DNA of 64,000 nt, taken from the NCBI RefSeq assembly GCF_006345805.1, contig NC_042998.1, positions 90,272,001 to 90,336,000 of the forward strand. The letters run 5' to 3'. The notes beneath the pieces were generated by a model. It was given only the letters and a program-made list of their open reading frames with translations. It was not told the DNA's origin and ran no database searches. The translations under genes and the position numbers were made by a program. This document shows, in pieces, positions 14,099 through 27,960 of this stretch; position 1 is the stretch's first letter, and the number at the start of each line of letters is the position of its first letter. This DNA is from Octopus sinensis. Lineage: Eukaryota.

Positions 14099-15531
14099 GC
14101 TTTTTCTTGATCTCGCTTAAAAATCAATATTTTTCATCCGATTTCGTTTACGCTGGGAACATACATCATTTATGTTCCAGAAATAGTCATAGACTCTTCA
14201 AATTTTCCACATGATGAGTAATACTGCCCCTACAGGACGAAAACACCTTCTCATAGATACCAACGATCGTTGCTTCAAGGAACATTACTCTTGATGACGT
14301 AGTCATACTATTTTTACTTCGTCTTCTACTGCAGTTATTACAATGCCCATTCATTGCAAACTGCCAATATTTGCACATTAGCACTTCCTTGAAGTAGCCA
14401 TGCAATTTAAATCAGCTTTTAATTATTTTTTTCAAATGCCTTCAGAAATTAATCCATATTATACATATTCTCTGCTTTTACACATACAAAGTCGTGGCAG
14501 TTAGACAGCTTTCACAATGCCCGAACCTCACTTAAAAGTCAGTTGCCCAGTCATCATTCTACGCAATCTAAACGCACCCACACTATGCAATGGAACTCGC
14601 ATTGTGGTCAAACAAATGATGGACCAAGTCATTGAAGCCTAAATTATTACGGAACACGACAAAAACGATACCGTTTTTATTCCGAAAATTCCGCAAACCT
14701 TAACAGACTGCCCCTACCGTATGCGGAGACTTCAGTTTCCTCTCAAACTCAGCTTCGCCATGACAATTAACAATGCACAAGATCAATCGCTGAAATCTGT
14801 CATATTGGATCTTCGAATGCCATGTTTTTCACATAGACAGTTCTACGTCAGTTGTTCCAGAGTTGGCCATCCAGACAACCTATCCACTTATGATCCTGAA
14901 GGAAAAACCAAAAATGTCGTCTACGAAGCAGCCCTACAGTAGTTACTCCTCCACTGCAATCTTCACATCTACGCCAAACTGTAACCGTTTGCAATCAGAC
15001 TTCCTACAAGCATTTCATTGCTATTTTGCTTCATTTCCGTAATTGTTGTTTATAGTACATTACTTTCAATGATCCTTCTTACTTCACGCACACTGTTTGC
15101 TCATAAGCGTTCTCTGACATTTATTTTTGTACATGCCATTATTCTATGTGTGTGTTTGCTATAAATGTTTGCTTTTGTTTATCATACATGACTTCAATTG
15201 AAAAAAAAGCTTCAATACGATTGTATCAGGCATTCCGAGTAAACTAACTACATGCTACAAAACGCTTCAGATAGGATATAGGATCCCTAATGCCTACTGC
15301 AATTACGATCTCATTTCATGGACTTTCATTTATTACTAACTGCCAAATTTGTGCTCAAAAAGCGTTATTCATCACCTAGATTGCTTAATACCATATAACG
15401 AAATTGGTAATTATACATTTTACGTTTATCAACTTGAAATGACTTCTAAGTACTAATTCAACTTAAACCGTCCAAAGCAGTGCGCCATTATAATAGATTA
15501 CACCGTCCAAAGGACGGGTGCGTTTGCTAGT
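13991..15531 (+). mobile_element. Helitron, internally deleted, with Pif1-like helicase C-terminal remnant
   Basis: 5' TC-TATATA start; ILRNL...LCNGTR and RLQFPLKLSFAMTIN...FSH.QFYV.CSRV motifs; 3' hairpin CCGTCC-AAA-GGACGG then CTAG-T. Confidence 0.85.
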
Positions 15532-16003
15532 ACACACACACACACACGCATATTATTTATACTTTGTCTTATGTGTTTGTATGTATGTATGTATGTATGT
15601 ATGTATGTATGTATGTATGTATGTATGTATGTATGTATGAGTGCGTGTGTGTGTGAGTATTTGTATTTATTCCCATCACCGCTTGACGACCGATGTTGGT
15701 TTCTTTACAGCTCCGTTACTTAGAGGTTCAGCAAAACAAACTGATAGAATAACGTACCAGACATAAAAATAAGGAGTCGATTTGTTCGACATAACTCTTA
15801 AGGTGGTGCCCTAGCATGGCCACAGTTCAGTGACTGAAACAAGTTAAAGAAAATGTATATATCCGGGGAAATTACAGCAGACAATGTATTTTTCATTTGT
15901 TTTACGTTACACAGACAGGAGCTATGATATCTGTACAGATATCTAAATATTCTGTACAGATATTTAGATATCTGTACAGGAAACAACCAAGCTCCATCTA
16001 AAA

Positions 16004-16934
16004 TAGGAGTGGGGGAAACCCCCGCCCGCGGGTGCAATTGCGCCTACGAGCCCATTTTATTGCACCCACAGGCTGGAATATTCGTATGTACAGAATATAC
16101 TCTTTTACTCTTTTACTTGTTTCAGTCATTTGACTGTGGCCATTCTGGATCGCCGCCATTAGTCGATCAAATCGACCCCAGGACTTATTCTTTGTAAGCC
16201 TAGTACTTATTCTATCAGTCGCTTTTGCCGAACCGCTAATTTACGGGGACGTAAACACACCAGCATTGGTTGTCAAGCGATGTTGGGGGGACAAACACAG
16301 ACACACAAACATATACACACACACAAATATATATACATATATACGACGGGCTTCTTTCAGTTTCCGTCTACCAAATCCACTCATAGGGCTTTGGTCGACC
16401 CGAGGCTATATTAGAAGATACTTGCCCATGGTACCATGCAGTGGGACTGAACCCGGAACCATGTGGTTCGTAAACAAGCTACTTACCATACAGCCACTCC
16501 TACGCCTTATAGTCAAATTTTCAATTATAAAATTTATACAATATTCGTATGCCTCTTGCGACATAAGTCGCGTTTCTACTACGACTTAAAACGGTTAGAT
16601 TCGAATAGAAAATCATCCGGTAATTGTCATTTGAATGGAAGTTTTGTATGCACTATAAAACACATATTGCTAGGTTTATACCCCCCCCCCTTAAAACCAA
16701 ACTACACTCAAGCTGAAAAATATAGAATACCTCATAGGTAATATAAACGTCATAAATTTAGTGGCGGCGTTAATGAAGATGTTACGCGTTAATTTAATGT
16801 GTTAAACTTATCTTTATTAATGTATATCGAATTATACATAGATATATACAAGATTTACATAAATATAAGATTCGCCCACGGACCTTTATCTTTGGAAATT
16901 TTTGCCCGCCGCACTTAAAGTCTCCCCATCCCTG
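16004..16934 (+). mobile_element. hAT-like MITE with nested SINE (about 16110-16505, -)
   Basis: Short TIRs TAGGAGTGGGG / CCCCATCCCTG; imperfect 8-bp TSD atctaaaa/ctctagaa; homologous to 46650-47395. Confidence 0.7.
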
Positions 16935-16971
16935 CTCTAGAACCATAATTAAGATTGAAAGCAATACTTAC

Positions 16972-17142
16972 CGCCATCGTGTTGTACTATAGTTCTGGTA
17001 AGACATACTCCTGTACAGTTTTCTCTGTAGATCGACCCCAACTTTTTCAGCTTTCCATCAGCAGGACAGTTTTCATTCTTCTGCCCGTTTCCCAGCACAC
17101 TTTGGCAAGAGAAACATTGTTTGGTAAAGTTTCCATTTTCAT
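16972..17142 (-). CDS. Ly6/uPAR gene A, coding exon 2 (N-half of LU domain: ENGNFTKQCFSCQSVLGNGQKNENCPADGKLKKLGSIYRENCTGVCLTRTIVQHDG)
   Basis: TTTCTAG acceptor and GTAAGT donor; 171 nt, phase 1-1. Five Cys in a CxxC...CP...CxGxC pattern. Overlaps ORF 16949..17152(-). Confidence 0.92.
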
Positions 17143-17676
17143 CTAGAAACAAACACCAGAACTCTAATTAATGGTATTAATTGTTGCTGTTGTTTTGCTA
17201 GACCAAATCAGTCCTGTTCATGCAAACTTGTGTTCAAAGACATTCCACCTTCGACCATGTCACCTTTTTCCTTAAATATATTATTCCCGCTTTGCAGAGG
17301 ATATACTGTGATATGAGAGAGATTTAGCACTTATTGCTAACTAGTCAAGACGCTTCGTCGGGGTTCATTTTCTTCACTGGTTCGGGATTTTGAAGTAATC
17401 ACTTAATAGCAGGTGGCTAACTGGAAATAACAGTTTCATTACCAATAATAAGTGTTTCGATTACACCAATAAAGATTTTTAGAAAAGCTTCAGTAACGTA
17501 GCTTCCATTCTCCAATTTTTTAAATCAAGATTAATGCTTTTTAATCGCGAAAGAACATGCAATTGAATTTCGTATGTGTGCGGGAGAGAGAGAGAGTGTG
17601 TGTGTGTGTGTGTGTACGCGCGTGCATATATGTGTGCGTGCGCGCGCGCGTATGTGTGTGTGTGTGATGCGTATAT

Positions 17677-17743
<67 letters not shown>

Positions 17744-18005
17744 GCTGTGTGATAAGTAGCTTGCTTACCAGCCACATGTTTCCGGGTTCAGTCCCACTGC
17801 GTAGCACCTTGGGCAAGTGTCTTCTACTATAGCCTCTCGCCGACCAAAGCCTTGTGAATGGATTTGGTAGACGGAATTGAAAGAAGCCTGTCGTATATGC
17901 GTCTGTGTGCGCGCGCACGTGTGTGTGTGTGTCTGTGTTTGTCCCCACCACCATCGCTTGACAACCGATGCTGGTGTGTTTACATCCCTGTTAATTAGCG
18001 ATTCG

Positions 18006-19211
18006 GGATCTACTTTTTTTTTCATTCGCAAAATATGCATTTTTTTGAAAGGAAGTAAAAAATCTGAAAATCGGTTATAATAATGTAGTCTTACAGTCTC
18101 ATTGCTGTGAAGGAAAAAATGGAGAAAAAAGTTACAGGGATTTAAAAATCGAAAAAACTGGGTATTTTTAGCCAATAGCAAGACAAAAATTTTCTTCGTT
18201 TAGCGGAGCGATGTCAACTTTAGGGTTGTACCCTGCAAAATTTATAGTTTAGCGTCTGACCTGTTCATTGTGGGTTTCTACATAAACAGAAATACCTAAT
18301 TTCATTGTTGGTTTCTTAATGAACAAAAATACCTAATAAAATAAAAACGTATCATCTTAATGTTTCTTTCGGCTCTTCACTGATTGTATTTTTTTTATCA
18401 TATAAAAAAATTTGTTATATTAATATATTTATCTGCGTGTGTTTACTTTATGCGTATTTCAGTATTATGTATACCTGTCATGTATTTATGTACATCATTA
18501 ATATATAAGTGCATGTGGTGTGTGTGTGTGTGTGGTGTGTGTGTGCATGTGTGCGTGTGTGAAAAGAGGGCGTCTGTCTCCAAAACTCCAAAGTTGAGTA
18601 ACGTTTTCATACTTGGATTTGTTAACTACGATAAGAATAACACTGGTCAACAAAGAATTTGTCCCAAAGAAAAGAATACTTGTATTTTATGTGTTTTTGC
18701 ATGCAGAATTCAAAAATAATGTCAATCTGTATCTCCCCATAGTTCCTCTGTACCACGATAACCCTACCCCTAATTAAAATTTTTATGAATAGAATTAACC
18801 TAGAGAAATTATAAATCCAGCTGAGTCAATGAGACCCAAAAATATACGAAATTAAAATTATGTAAAAATATTAACACAGGAAATGCACGAAAAAATACTA
18901 ACACACAGAAGCACAGAAAAAATGTGTAATATACTAACACAGAAAATTAAAACAAAACGTAGGGGAAATGAATCTCGTGGTGTTAAGCATCAAGTGTGTA
19001 AAAAAACAACATAGACAACAACGGCACAGACAACAGTCAACAACAACAACACAGCGTGCGGTCGTCATGGTAACAAGCTGCTAATGCCACGGTGTCTGTT
19101 GATTGGCGAAAATTACCCAAATTCAGAGTTGCATCGATACACCAAAATTGAAAGCAATTGGCACAAAATTAAGGGGAGGGGCTCATTTTGCGAATGAGAA
19201 AGACTAGATCC
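18006..19211. mobile_element. Merlin-like non-autonomous DNA transposon inserted in a SINE
   Basis: TIRs GGATCTA..TCATTCGCAAAAT / ATTTTGCGAATGA..TAGATCC; 8-bp TSD gcgattcg/gcggttcg. Confidence 0.7.
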
Positions 19212-19784
19212 GCGGTTCGGCAAAAGAGACCGATAGAATAAGTACTAGGCTTACAAAGAATAAGTCCTGGGATCGATTTGTTCGTCTAATGGCGGTGCTC
19301 CAGCATGGCCGCAGTCAAGTGACTGAAACAAATAAAAGAATAAAATGTGTGTGTGTGTGTGTGTGTAAATGTGCAAGTATGCATATGTACCCCTCTCTCT
19401 CTCTCTCTCTCCCCTTCTGTATATATACACATATATATATATATATATATTTATAATGATAATAATAATAAGAAGAAGAAGAAGAATATAAATAATATAT
19501 AAATATATGCATATATACATATATGTACATACCTACATCTATATGTATATATACATGCATATAAGGGTACAGGACATCAAATAAACGTTGAACACAATGA
19601 GAAACGAAAACACAAAAACAAAAACATGGAAATTAACTTTCTTTCAAAAAACGGAAAAACAGAGTACAAGACATACAACACAAGGAATATTCCCCTTCTT
19701 CAGTTGTCCCTGTTTCGTCTACTCCGCGTTACGAAGGTAAGGACAAGTCCTGGGGTCGATTTGTTCGACTAAAGGCAGTTTTAG

Positions 19785-19840
<56 letters not shown>

Positions 19841-19842
<2 letters not shown>

Positions 19843-20201
19843 TAGCTGAAGGTGACACGCTCTACGCGCGGGTAAGAGTGTGGTTGTTACTTTCTGTTGC
19901 TTCCTTTCAGCACGTAAAAAGCACCATCCGAACGTGGCGGATTGCAGCGCCGCCTTGACTGGCTTCTGTGCTGGTGGCACGTGAAAAGCACCAACCGATC
20001 GTGGCCGTTGCCAGCCCCCCGGCACCTGTGCCGGCGGCACGAAAAAAGCACCCACTACGCTCACAGAGTGGTTGGCGTTAGGAAGGGCATCCACCTGTAG
20101 AAACACTGCCAGATCAGACTGGAGCCTCGTGCAGCCTCCTGGCTTCCCAGACCCCGGTCAAACTGTCCAACCCGTGCTAGCACGGAAAACGGACGTTAAA
20201 C

Positions 20202-20232
<31 letters not shown>

Positions 20233-21810
20233 CTCCCTCTTTGTTTCTCACTCCTTTCTCTCTCACTTTCCCCACTCTCTTACTCTTCCTTTCTCTCGGA
20301 CTCTCCCTCGCTTTCTTTTACTCTCTATCTTTATCTATCTCTCTCCCATTTATAAACAACAGAAGATCTTGAGTAAGTTGAGAAATAAAATATTTAGAAA
20401 GATCAATCATAAATCAGGCAGTACAACGGAAAGTCTGCTTCAAGGCAGACAGCCAAAACACTAACATTTAAAAGGGACAGACGAACTTGCGAGCTGAATA
20501 AAATAATAAAATATTGGAAACCAAAGTTTGAAGGGATAGATCTGAGGGTAGTAGAGTCAGCATGGCTGGCATTTCTTAACGACGGACAGCAACGTTTTGA
20601 CAGTTTAACGGCTGGCGTAAAATTTTGAACTTGATGTAAAAGAAAATCCCTAAACACCAAGTTTTGAAGTGATTCTTTTTCACAACAGTAGACTCACCAT
20701 GGCTAGCATTCAAAACTTCTTCATCATGGACGGCAACACATTGACGATTAAAAGGCTAGCGCAAATTTTTAGCTTGATGTAACAGAGAATTCCTAAACAT
20801 CCGCTCCTTTAAATTTTAATCCCCTTCCAGCCCATTTAGACCCCTTTTCACATTTTGGTTAATATAACGCGATTTCATTCGGATGTACTGGGGCCACATT
20901 TTATAAGATGAGGAATTTTGTCCTAGAGGCCACGCCTTTCATTTGAGGGAAAAAAATAGTTGTCATGCAAACTTGCCAGCACTTTTAAGATAGGTCTGCA
21001 TCTATGTATGTGTGTGTGTGTGTATGTATGTGTATGTGTGTATGTGTGTGTATGTATGTGTGTGTATGTATGTATTTCCATTGAGTTAACGTCATTATTT
21101 TCTATATAGCAGACCGTTACATAAACAGGCAAAGGTACATACATACACACTCACGCATACATACACACACATACACACATACACACACACATACATACAC
21201 ATACATACACACACACATACATAGATACATACACACACACATACATGCATACATACATATACACATACATGCATACACACGCACGCACTACAAAAACCGA
21301 GTAAAAAATTTCAGTTATCTCTCTCTTTCACACAGACAGATACATAAAAGAAGGCCGTTTGTATGAAATAGAGTGAGTATTGTGTGTCGGTGGTGGTGGT
21401 GGCGATGATAATTATCATTAGGAAAAAGAGTGAGTGAGTGAGGAAGACATATACATAAGTTGGTAGCGATGATAATTCTCCCTATGAATGCAGACAGATA
21501 CATCAAAGAAAGCCGTCTGACGAAGTTATAAAGGGAAAGTGAAAGGAAGTTGAGGGGAATACATTAAATAACGGTAGTGGACATTCTCAAAGTTATAAAT
21601 GAAGGGGAGTAAGAGAGGGAAAGGAGGAAATAGCGTGAGTGAGGAAGATGGCCCCTAGCAACCACACCTTTTAAGATAGGGATTTCTAAGGTAGCCCACG
21701 AGCATCGTCACCTCATTCTACATGTCCCTGTAAATTTTGGAGCGAATCGGACGGGACGTAGTGGCACTGGAAGCGATCCAAGCGGTAAAAACGCATTCAA
21801 TTTTATATAG

Positions 21811-21812
<2 letters not shown>
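19841..21812 (-). mobile_element. Helitron-like element with nested RTE-type 3' end (about 19900-20232, +) and microsatellites
   Basis: CTAG and hairpin at 19841-19872; ATCTATATAAAA start near 21810; nested gttggcgttaggaagggcatcc...(GAT)n tail. Confidence 0.5.
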
Positions 21813-21854
<42 letters not shown>

Positions 21855-21855
<1 letters not shown>

Positions 21856-23180
21856 CTTTTCTACTATAAGCACAAGGTTTGAAATTTGCAGGAGGAAGCT
21901 AGTCGATTGTTCTGACCGCGAAAGGATGAAAGACAAAATCGACTTAGATAGACGACCTGCCGCTAAACATTTTTCCCGGCGTGCTAAAGATTCTGCCAGC
22001 TAACTGCTTTGTGAATAACTAATATTAGTTTCAAATTTTGGCACAAGGTCAACATGTTCGGGGGAGAGGTTAAATCGTTTAAATCCATCCTTGTGCTCAA
22101 CTGGTACTTAATTGCTCGACCCCGATAGGATGAAAGGCAAAAATCGACTTCTGGGTATTTGAACACAGAAGGTAAAGATGGACGAAATACGGCTACATGA
22201 ATAATTAATATTAATAATCCTAAACAAGATTCAGCCAGGTTGAAGCATTGTGTTTTAAACACAATACTTCAAACACACAAGCGCGCAAGCATCCGAAAAA
22301 ACAATTTTGTTATTCGACACCAAATTTAGTTCTAGATTATATGTGTGCATGTATGCTTATGAGAAGGTGAAGTGGGGAGAGAGAGAAAGAGATTAAGAGA
22401 GCGATAGTACTTCATATATATGTATTCCACTAATATAATCGAAAAGGCATGAACATCACAATACCTAATCCTCTAACGACAAAATATCACGCAACTGATG
22501 ATCTCGCTTTCAGTGCTTATATAAATTGCTTCTTTCAATTAATGTTGCTTAATGGTTAAGAAGTCCGAAATGCAACCCTGAGTTTGTGGGTTCCATTTAA
22601 GCACACGATATTGGAGTCAAATGCCTTTAGCCATTGCCGGAGTTGGACTCGAAATTTTTAGGAAATTTGCATAGAAATTCATCGGTTTGACTGCAGTGGT
22701 AATCGGAAGATATACTACAATATCTTGTGCCAAAACTAATTATACATGATAATCACATTAAGATTACATACGTGTGTGGAGTATTCAGCCACTCAATGTG
22801 TATATCATTCAGTTGATCTCCTAAATGCCAATACGTCGTTCTTGAAAACCAAATAATGATATTTTGAAATCATTTAATAAATACTATTCAGGTCTGTGTA
22901 ATATATAATAGGAAATACATCTGTCATACAAGACCTTCATTATTTAAAACTATTTCAAAATATCGGTTTGAAATTTTGGTACAAGGTGAACAAGTTCGGG
23001 CAAGGGAGTAAGTCAATAAAATCGACCCCAGGGTTCAACTGGTACCTATTTTATCGACTCCGAAAAGATGAAAGACAAAGTCGACCCCAGCGGAATTTGA
23101 ATTCAGAACATAAAGTTGGACGAAATGCCACTAAGCCAGTTTTCCTAGTGTGCTATCGATTCTGCCAGCTCACAGCCTTA
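21855..23180 (-). mobile_element. Degenerate SINE family 1 copies (21855-22200, 22965-23180)
   Basis: Same core sequence. Confidence 0.7.
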
Positions 23181-23280
23181 AACGAACTCAACGGTGTCTC
23201 CCGACAGGTATGTTTATATACATGTGTGTGTGTATGAGTACATATTTATATATATATTTGTGTGTGTGTGTGTGTGTGTG

Positions 23281-23320
<40 letters not shown>

Positions 23321-23326
23321 CATATA

Positions 23327-23426
23327 NNNNNNNNNNNNNNNNNNNNNNNNNNNNNNNNNNNNNNNNNNNNNNNNNNNNNNNNNNNNNNNNNNNNNNNNNN
23401 NNNNNNNNNNNNNNNNNNNNNNNNNN
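23327..23426. other. Assembly gap (100 N) inside the inferred intron 1 of gene A
   Basis: Run of N. Confidence 1.
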
Positions 23427-23742
23427 TAGATACCCTATATATATTATATCGGTTTGAAATGTAGAGTACATTTATGGACTTACACTGTTTTATATATCTA
23501 TATTTATAAATTTTCATGCGTTTGTAAATTTTATATGTGTATGAATCTTTATACATTTATAAATCTTCGTGTATATGTATGTATTTATAAATTCTTAGAA
23601 TTTGTTTTTTTATTATATAGATGAAAGGGTCTATGTATGCACTTTGTATACCATGGAGAATTTCGTTAATATGGATTGAATGAATATATACGTCGGCATT
23701 TGAATTTGTTTTCTCCCCTCCTTAATATATATATATATACAG

Positions 23743-23796
<54 letters not shown>

Positions 23797-24366
23797 TGTG
23801 TGTGTGTGTGTGCGAGCCTGTGTGTGCATATATTCGAGTGGCTGTGTGGTAAGAAGCTTGCTTCTCAACCACATGGTTTCAGGTTCAGTCCCACTGCGGG
23901 GCACCTTGGGTAAGTGTCTTCTACTATAGCCTCGGGCCAACAAAAGCCTCGTGAGTGGATTTGGTAGACGGAAACTGAAAGAAGCCTGTCGTATATATGT
24001 ATATGTATGTATGTGTTTGTCTCCCCAACATCGCTTGACATCCGATGCTGGTGTGTTTACATTCCCGTAACTTAGCGGTTCGGCAAAAAGAGCCCGATAG
24101 AATAAGTACTATTTCTTAAAAAGAATAAGTCCTGGGGTTGATTTGCTCGACTAAAAGGTGGTGCTCCAGCAAGGCCGCAGTCAAATGACTGAAACAAATA
24201 AAGGACTAAAATAATAAAAGAATACATATTTAAATATTTATATATAAATACATATACACACAATGAATATACACGCATACACACACACATACATATTCAG
24301 ACACGCACATAAAAGAAAGTTGGTTGAACAAACGTTTTTAAAATAGATACATCATAACACACACAC

Positions 24367-24397
<31 letters not shown>

Positions 24398-25311
24398 TGT
24401 ATGTATGTATGTATGTATGTATGTATGTATGTATGTATGTATGTATGTTTGTATATGTGCATGTATGTGTGTATGTATGTATATGTCTGTATATGTGTAT
24501 ATATATATATGTATATGTGTTTATATATATACACATATACATATATATCTATATATATACATTCATACATATATGTACATGCATACATAATACATACATG
24601 TACATGCATACATAATACATACATGTACATGCATATATGCATACACACACACACAGTGTCCAGGGTCTCTCTCCTCAACCTGCTTAAACCACAAGGAGAA
24701 CGGGTAAATTTGAAGGCCTACGAGGTTTCGTAAAGAAACCACCATCAGTAGATTACAGAAGGCACCAACTGATGAAATTTATGTCCAAGGGCTTGGCTGA
24801 AGAGTGCTCTTGTCAAAGGAGAGGATGCTCTATCATTCTCCCATGAAATTGGCTCCCACAATTTCCCATCAAGATCAATGCGCTTCTTCGTTCAAATTAT
24901 TAATTTTGAACCCAAGCAAAAGAAGCTGTTTATTAGGGTGGTTGCCATGGAAGCGTAAACCAATCGAAGTGATTGTGGTTGACAAGTAACCGTAAATGGA
25001 ACTCTTCAATTGATGAAGGCTAATTCAGTCCTTGTTGCCCAACTCACGCGAAACGTAAGGCGTATGAATGGAACGCCTGATCCTGAGATGATACCTTGAG
25101 ATACTCAAGGTTTCCAAACAATGGCATAGCTTAAGTCACTATCAGGAGAAGGCCATGCAATATCTTTAAGCAACTCCTGTACTTCTGCTTAAGGCAAAAC
25201 ATATATGCGTGTACACACACACACACACACATACATACGTACATGTGTGTGCTTGTGTGTTTGTATATACAAAGACACACACACACACACATGCACAAAC
25301 ATATATATATA

Positions 25312-25349
<38 letters not shown>

Positions 25350-25973
25350 TAATATATATACCACAAAGGAATAGGGATTTTAAATCCAGACAGATAACCT
25401 TACAGGCACTCTGTTAAAACCCAGACTTGGCTAATCACACCGAATATTTGGAATCGTTTAGAATAAACAATTATAGTTGTATTCCTATCGATTGGTAAAT
25501 CTTGATTTTGCTTCGAAGGAATTCATGCAGAATTCAGAGTATAATATGAAGAATAGAGAGTCATACATCTTTAAAATGTATCTAATAATTTTTTTCTGCA
25601 TTTTAAATTCCGACACATGTTTCTGCTGTATAAGTCCCAAAGGGTTCTAAGATGTGATAGTTCAGTGCATCTAATCAATTATTAAATCAATTATAGTACA
25701 AATTCTGATCCAAAGAATAAATTTCTTATATAGCTTTATTTCAATGTGTTCCCCATACAGGTAGATATGCATGCATGTATGTATGTATGTATGTATGTAT
25801 GTATGTAGGTAGGTAGGTAGGTAGGTAGGTAGGTAGGTAGGTAGGTAGGTAGGCAGGTCGGTAGGTAGGAGGGAGGGAGGGAGGGAGGGAGGTATGCATG
25901 CCAGCATGTGTGTATGTATACATGTATGTATGTATATATAGATATTAGCTGAACTCAAACACTAAGGTCAAAT

Positions 25974-26004
<31 letters not shown>

Positions 26005-26083
26005 TATATATATATGTATATGTATGTCTGTCTGTATGTCTTATATATATATATATGTATGTATGTCTGTCTGTATGTCTATA

Positions 26084-26119
<36 letters not shown>

Positions 26120-26304
26120 TACACACATACATATATATATATACATACAGACAGACATACATACATACATATAATATATATAATATATATATTATATATA
26201 TATAATATATATATATTATATATATATATAATTAAACAAATAAATAAGAGCAATTGTCGAAATCAGTATTGAGGAATAATTAATGCATCTTCATTTACAC
26301 TTAC

Positions 26305-26374
26305 TTGCTACTACCACTTGGAAGCTGAGCATGAGAAGTCCGAATGTAAAGACTACTATATTCACAGCCATCAT
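26305..26374 (-). CDS. Ly6/uPAR three-finger gene A, coding exon 1 (signal peptide MMAVNIVVFTFGLLMLSFQVVVA)
   Basis: ATG followed by 23 codons with a hydrophobic core ending VVA, then a phase-1 GTAAGT donor (plus-strand acttac 26299-26304). Joins exon 2 in frame (A|AT=N). Confidence 0.85.
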
Positions 26375-26562
26375 TTTATCCTTTAAAGGTAAACTTCGTT
26401 TAAAGAAGGCGCTTGCTCGGCAAAAGTACCTTCTCGGATTTCAAAAAGACGTCTGGCCGGCTCGATGAAAAAACACTTGTATTTGTGATGCAGCTTATAC
26501 AATTGTACATACGCACGCACCTTCACGCACACACAGTCTTATACTCTTACATTCATACCCAT

Positions 26563-26626
<64 letters not shown>

Positions 26627-27026
26627 GCAAGTTTGTTTGTATAAATAAACAGGGGCCTTTTCCTTTCTTAAGCGATGTTAAACAAAACCAATCCATAATA
26701 AATCAACATGAGAAAACTCAGGAATGCAGCCCCCTAGATCAAACATATCCGTGTGTACTTGTACAAAGCTGTAAATATAGAGTCGTTACTGAAACGGACA
26801 TTACACACACAACACGCGCGCGCACACACAGACGCATACATACACACACACACACACACACATACATTCAAGCGTATAATTCTGTACAGTCTATCCATAA
26901 CGTACACACACGCACCCGTTTGAAACCACGCTCAAACTGATATATGTGTCTGCATGTATGAACTTATGCATACGGTTGCATATATCTAAATATGTATATA
27001 TGTACATACACGCACACACATACACA

Positions 27027-27068
<42 letters not shown>

Positions 27069-27287
27069 TGTATGCATACATACATATACATGTGTGTGTA
27101 TGGGTGTACGTATATATGCATATATTATATATATATTTCATATATTTTATATATGTTTATTATATTATATAAATATATTTTATATGTAATTTATATATAT
27201 ATTAATATGTATATGAATGTACATATCTACTTGTGTGTTTGTATGTCTGCGCTTGTGTGTATGTGTACGCATGTGTATGCTTGTGTG

Positions 27288-27328
<41 letters not shown>

Positions 27329-27599
27329 AATATACAATAATACTAATGAGGCGATGAGGAAGCCACTTTCTTGATCGTAACAACCTGCAGGAAACAGCAG
27401 TGAAATATGTCAGTCACAACTCTCTTAATTAAACAATGGTACATTAGATACTACATCTCTAGATACTCCTACAAAAATGGAATGGTCATGGCTGGAATAA
27501 TTTTGATCTAGATTGATCCCAGGTTAAACAACTAGAACACGAACGATGAAACAAACATGAATAAGGTTAAATAAATTAATCTACACGTGAGCACAAGTA

Positions 27600-27960
27600 A
27601 TTGTGTTCGTACTTCAAACACAAGTTAATACTGGAACTTGCATAGATACAAAGTATGGAAACTTTACATGTATGATAGAGTCCTTTCACATCGGTATGAA
27701 AGCTCAAATTTCCAGCTCGGCCCAATTTCATATTACAATAGGAGTCAAACAGGGTCGCATACCAGCAACAACGTTATTCTCATTTCAATTGTAACTTGTT
27801 GGCAAAAGCATACTGCAGCAACTCTACTGAACTTGAATACTTACAGTCAAGTATAACACTAACCTGGTGAAGGAGTCGCAGCTCCAACTTATAATCAAGA
27901 CCACACACACGTTAATAAGTGTTTATGCCGTTTGCCGCCGACAGTTTTATTCTTCTTGTT
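27600..27960 (+). mobile_element. Degenerate RTE RT fragment
   Basis: ORF 27603..27794 contains SFH.GM...GVKQG...TLF, similar to the RTE at 49.2-51.2 kb. Confidence 0.55.

Noticed and set aside
25605-25672. Hammerhead-like GAAACATGTGTC on the minus strand (similar weak motif near 60490-60585)
   Set aside because: The CUGANGA core or the stems are too degraded to call.
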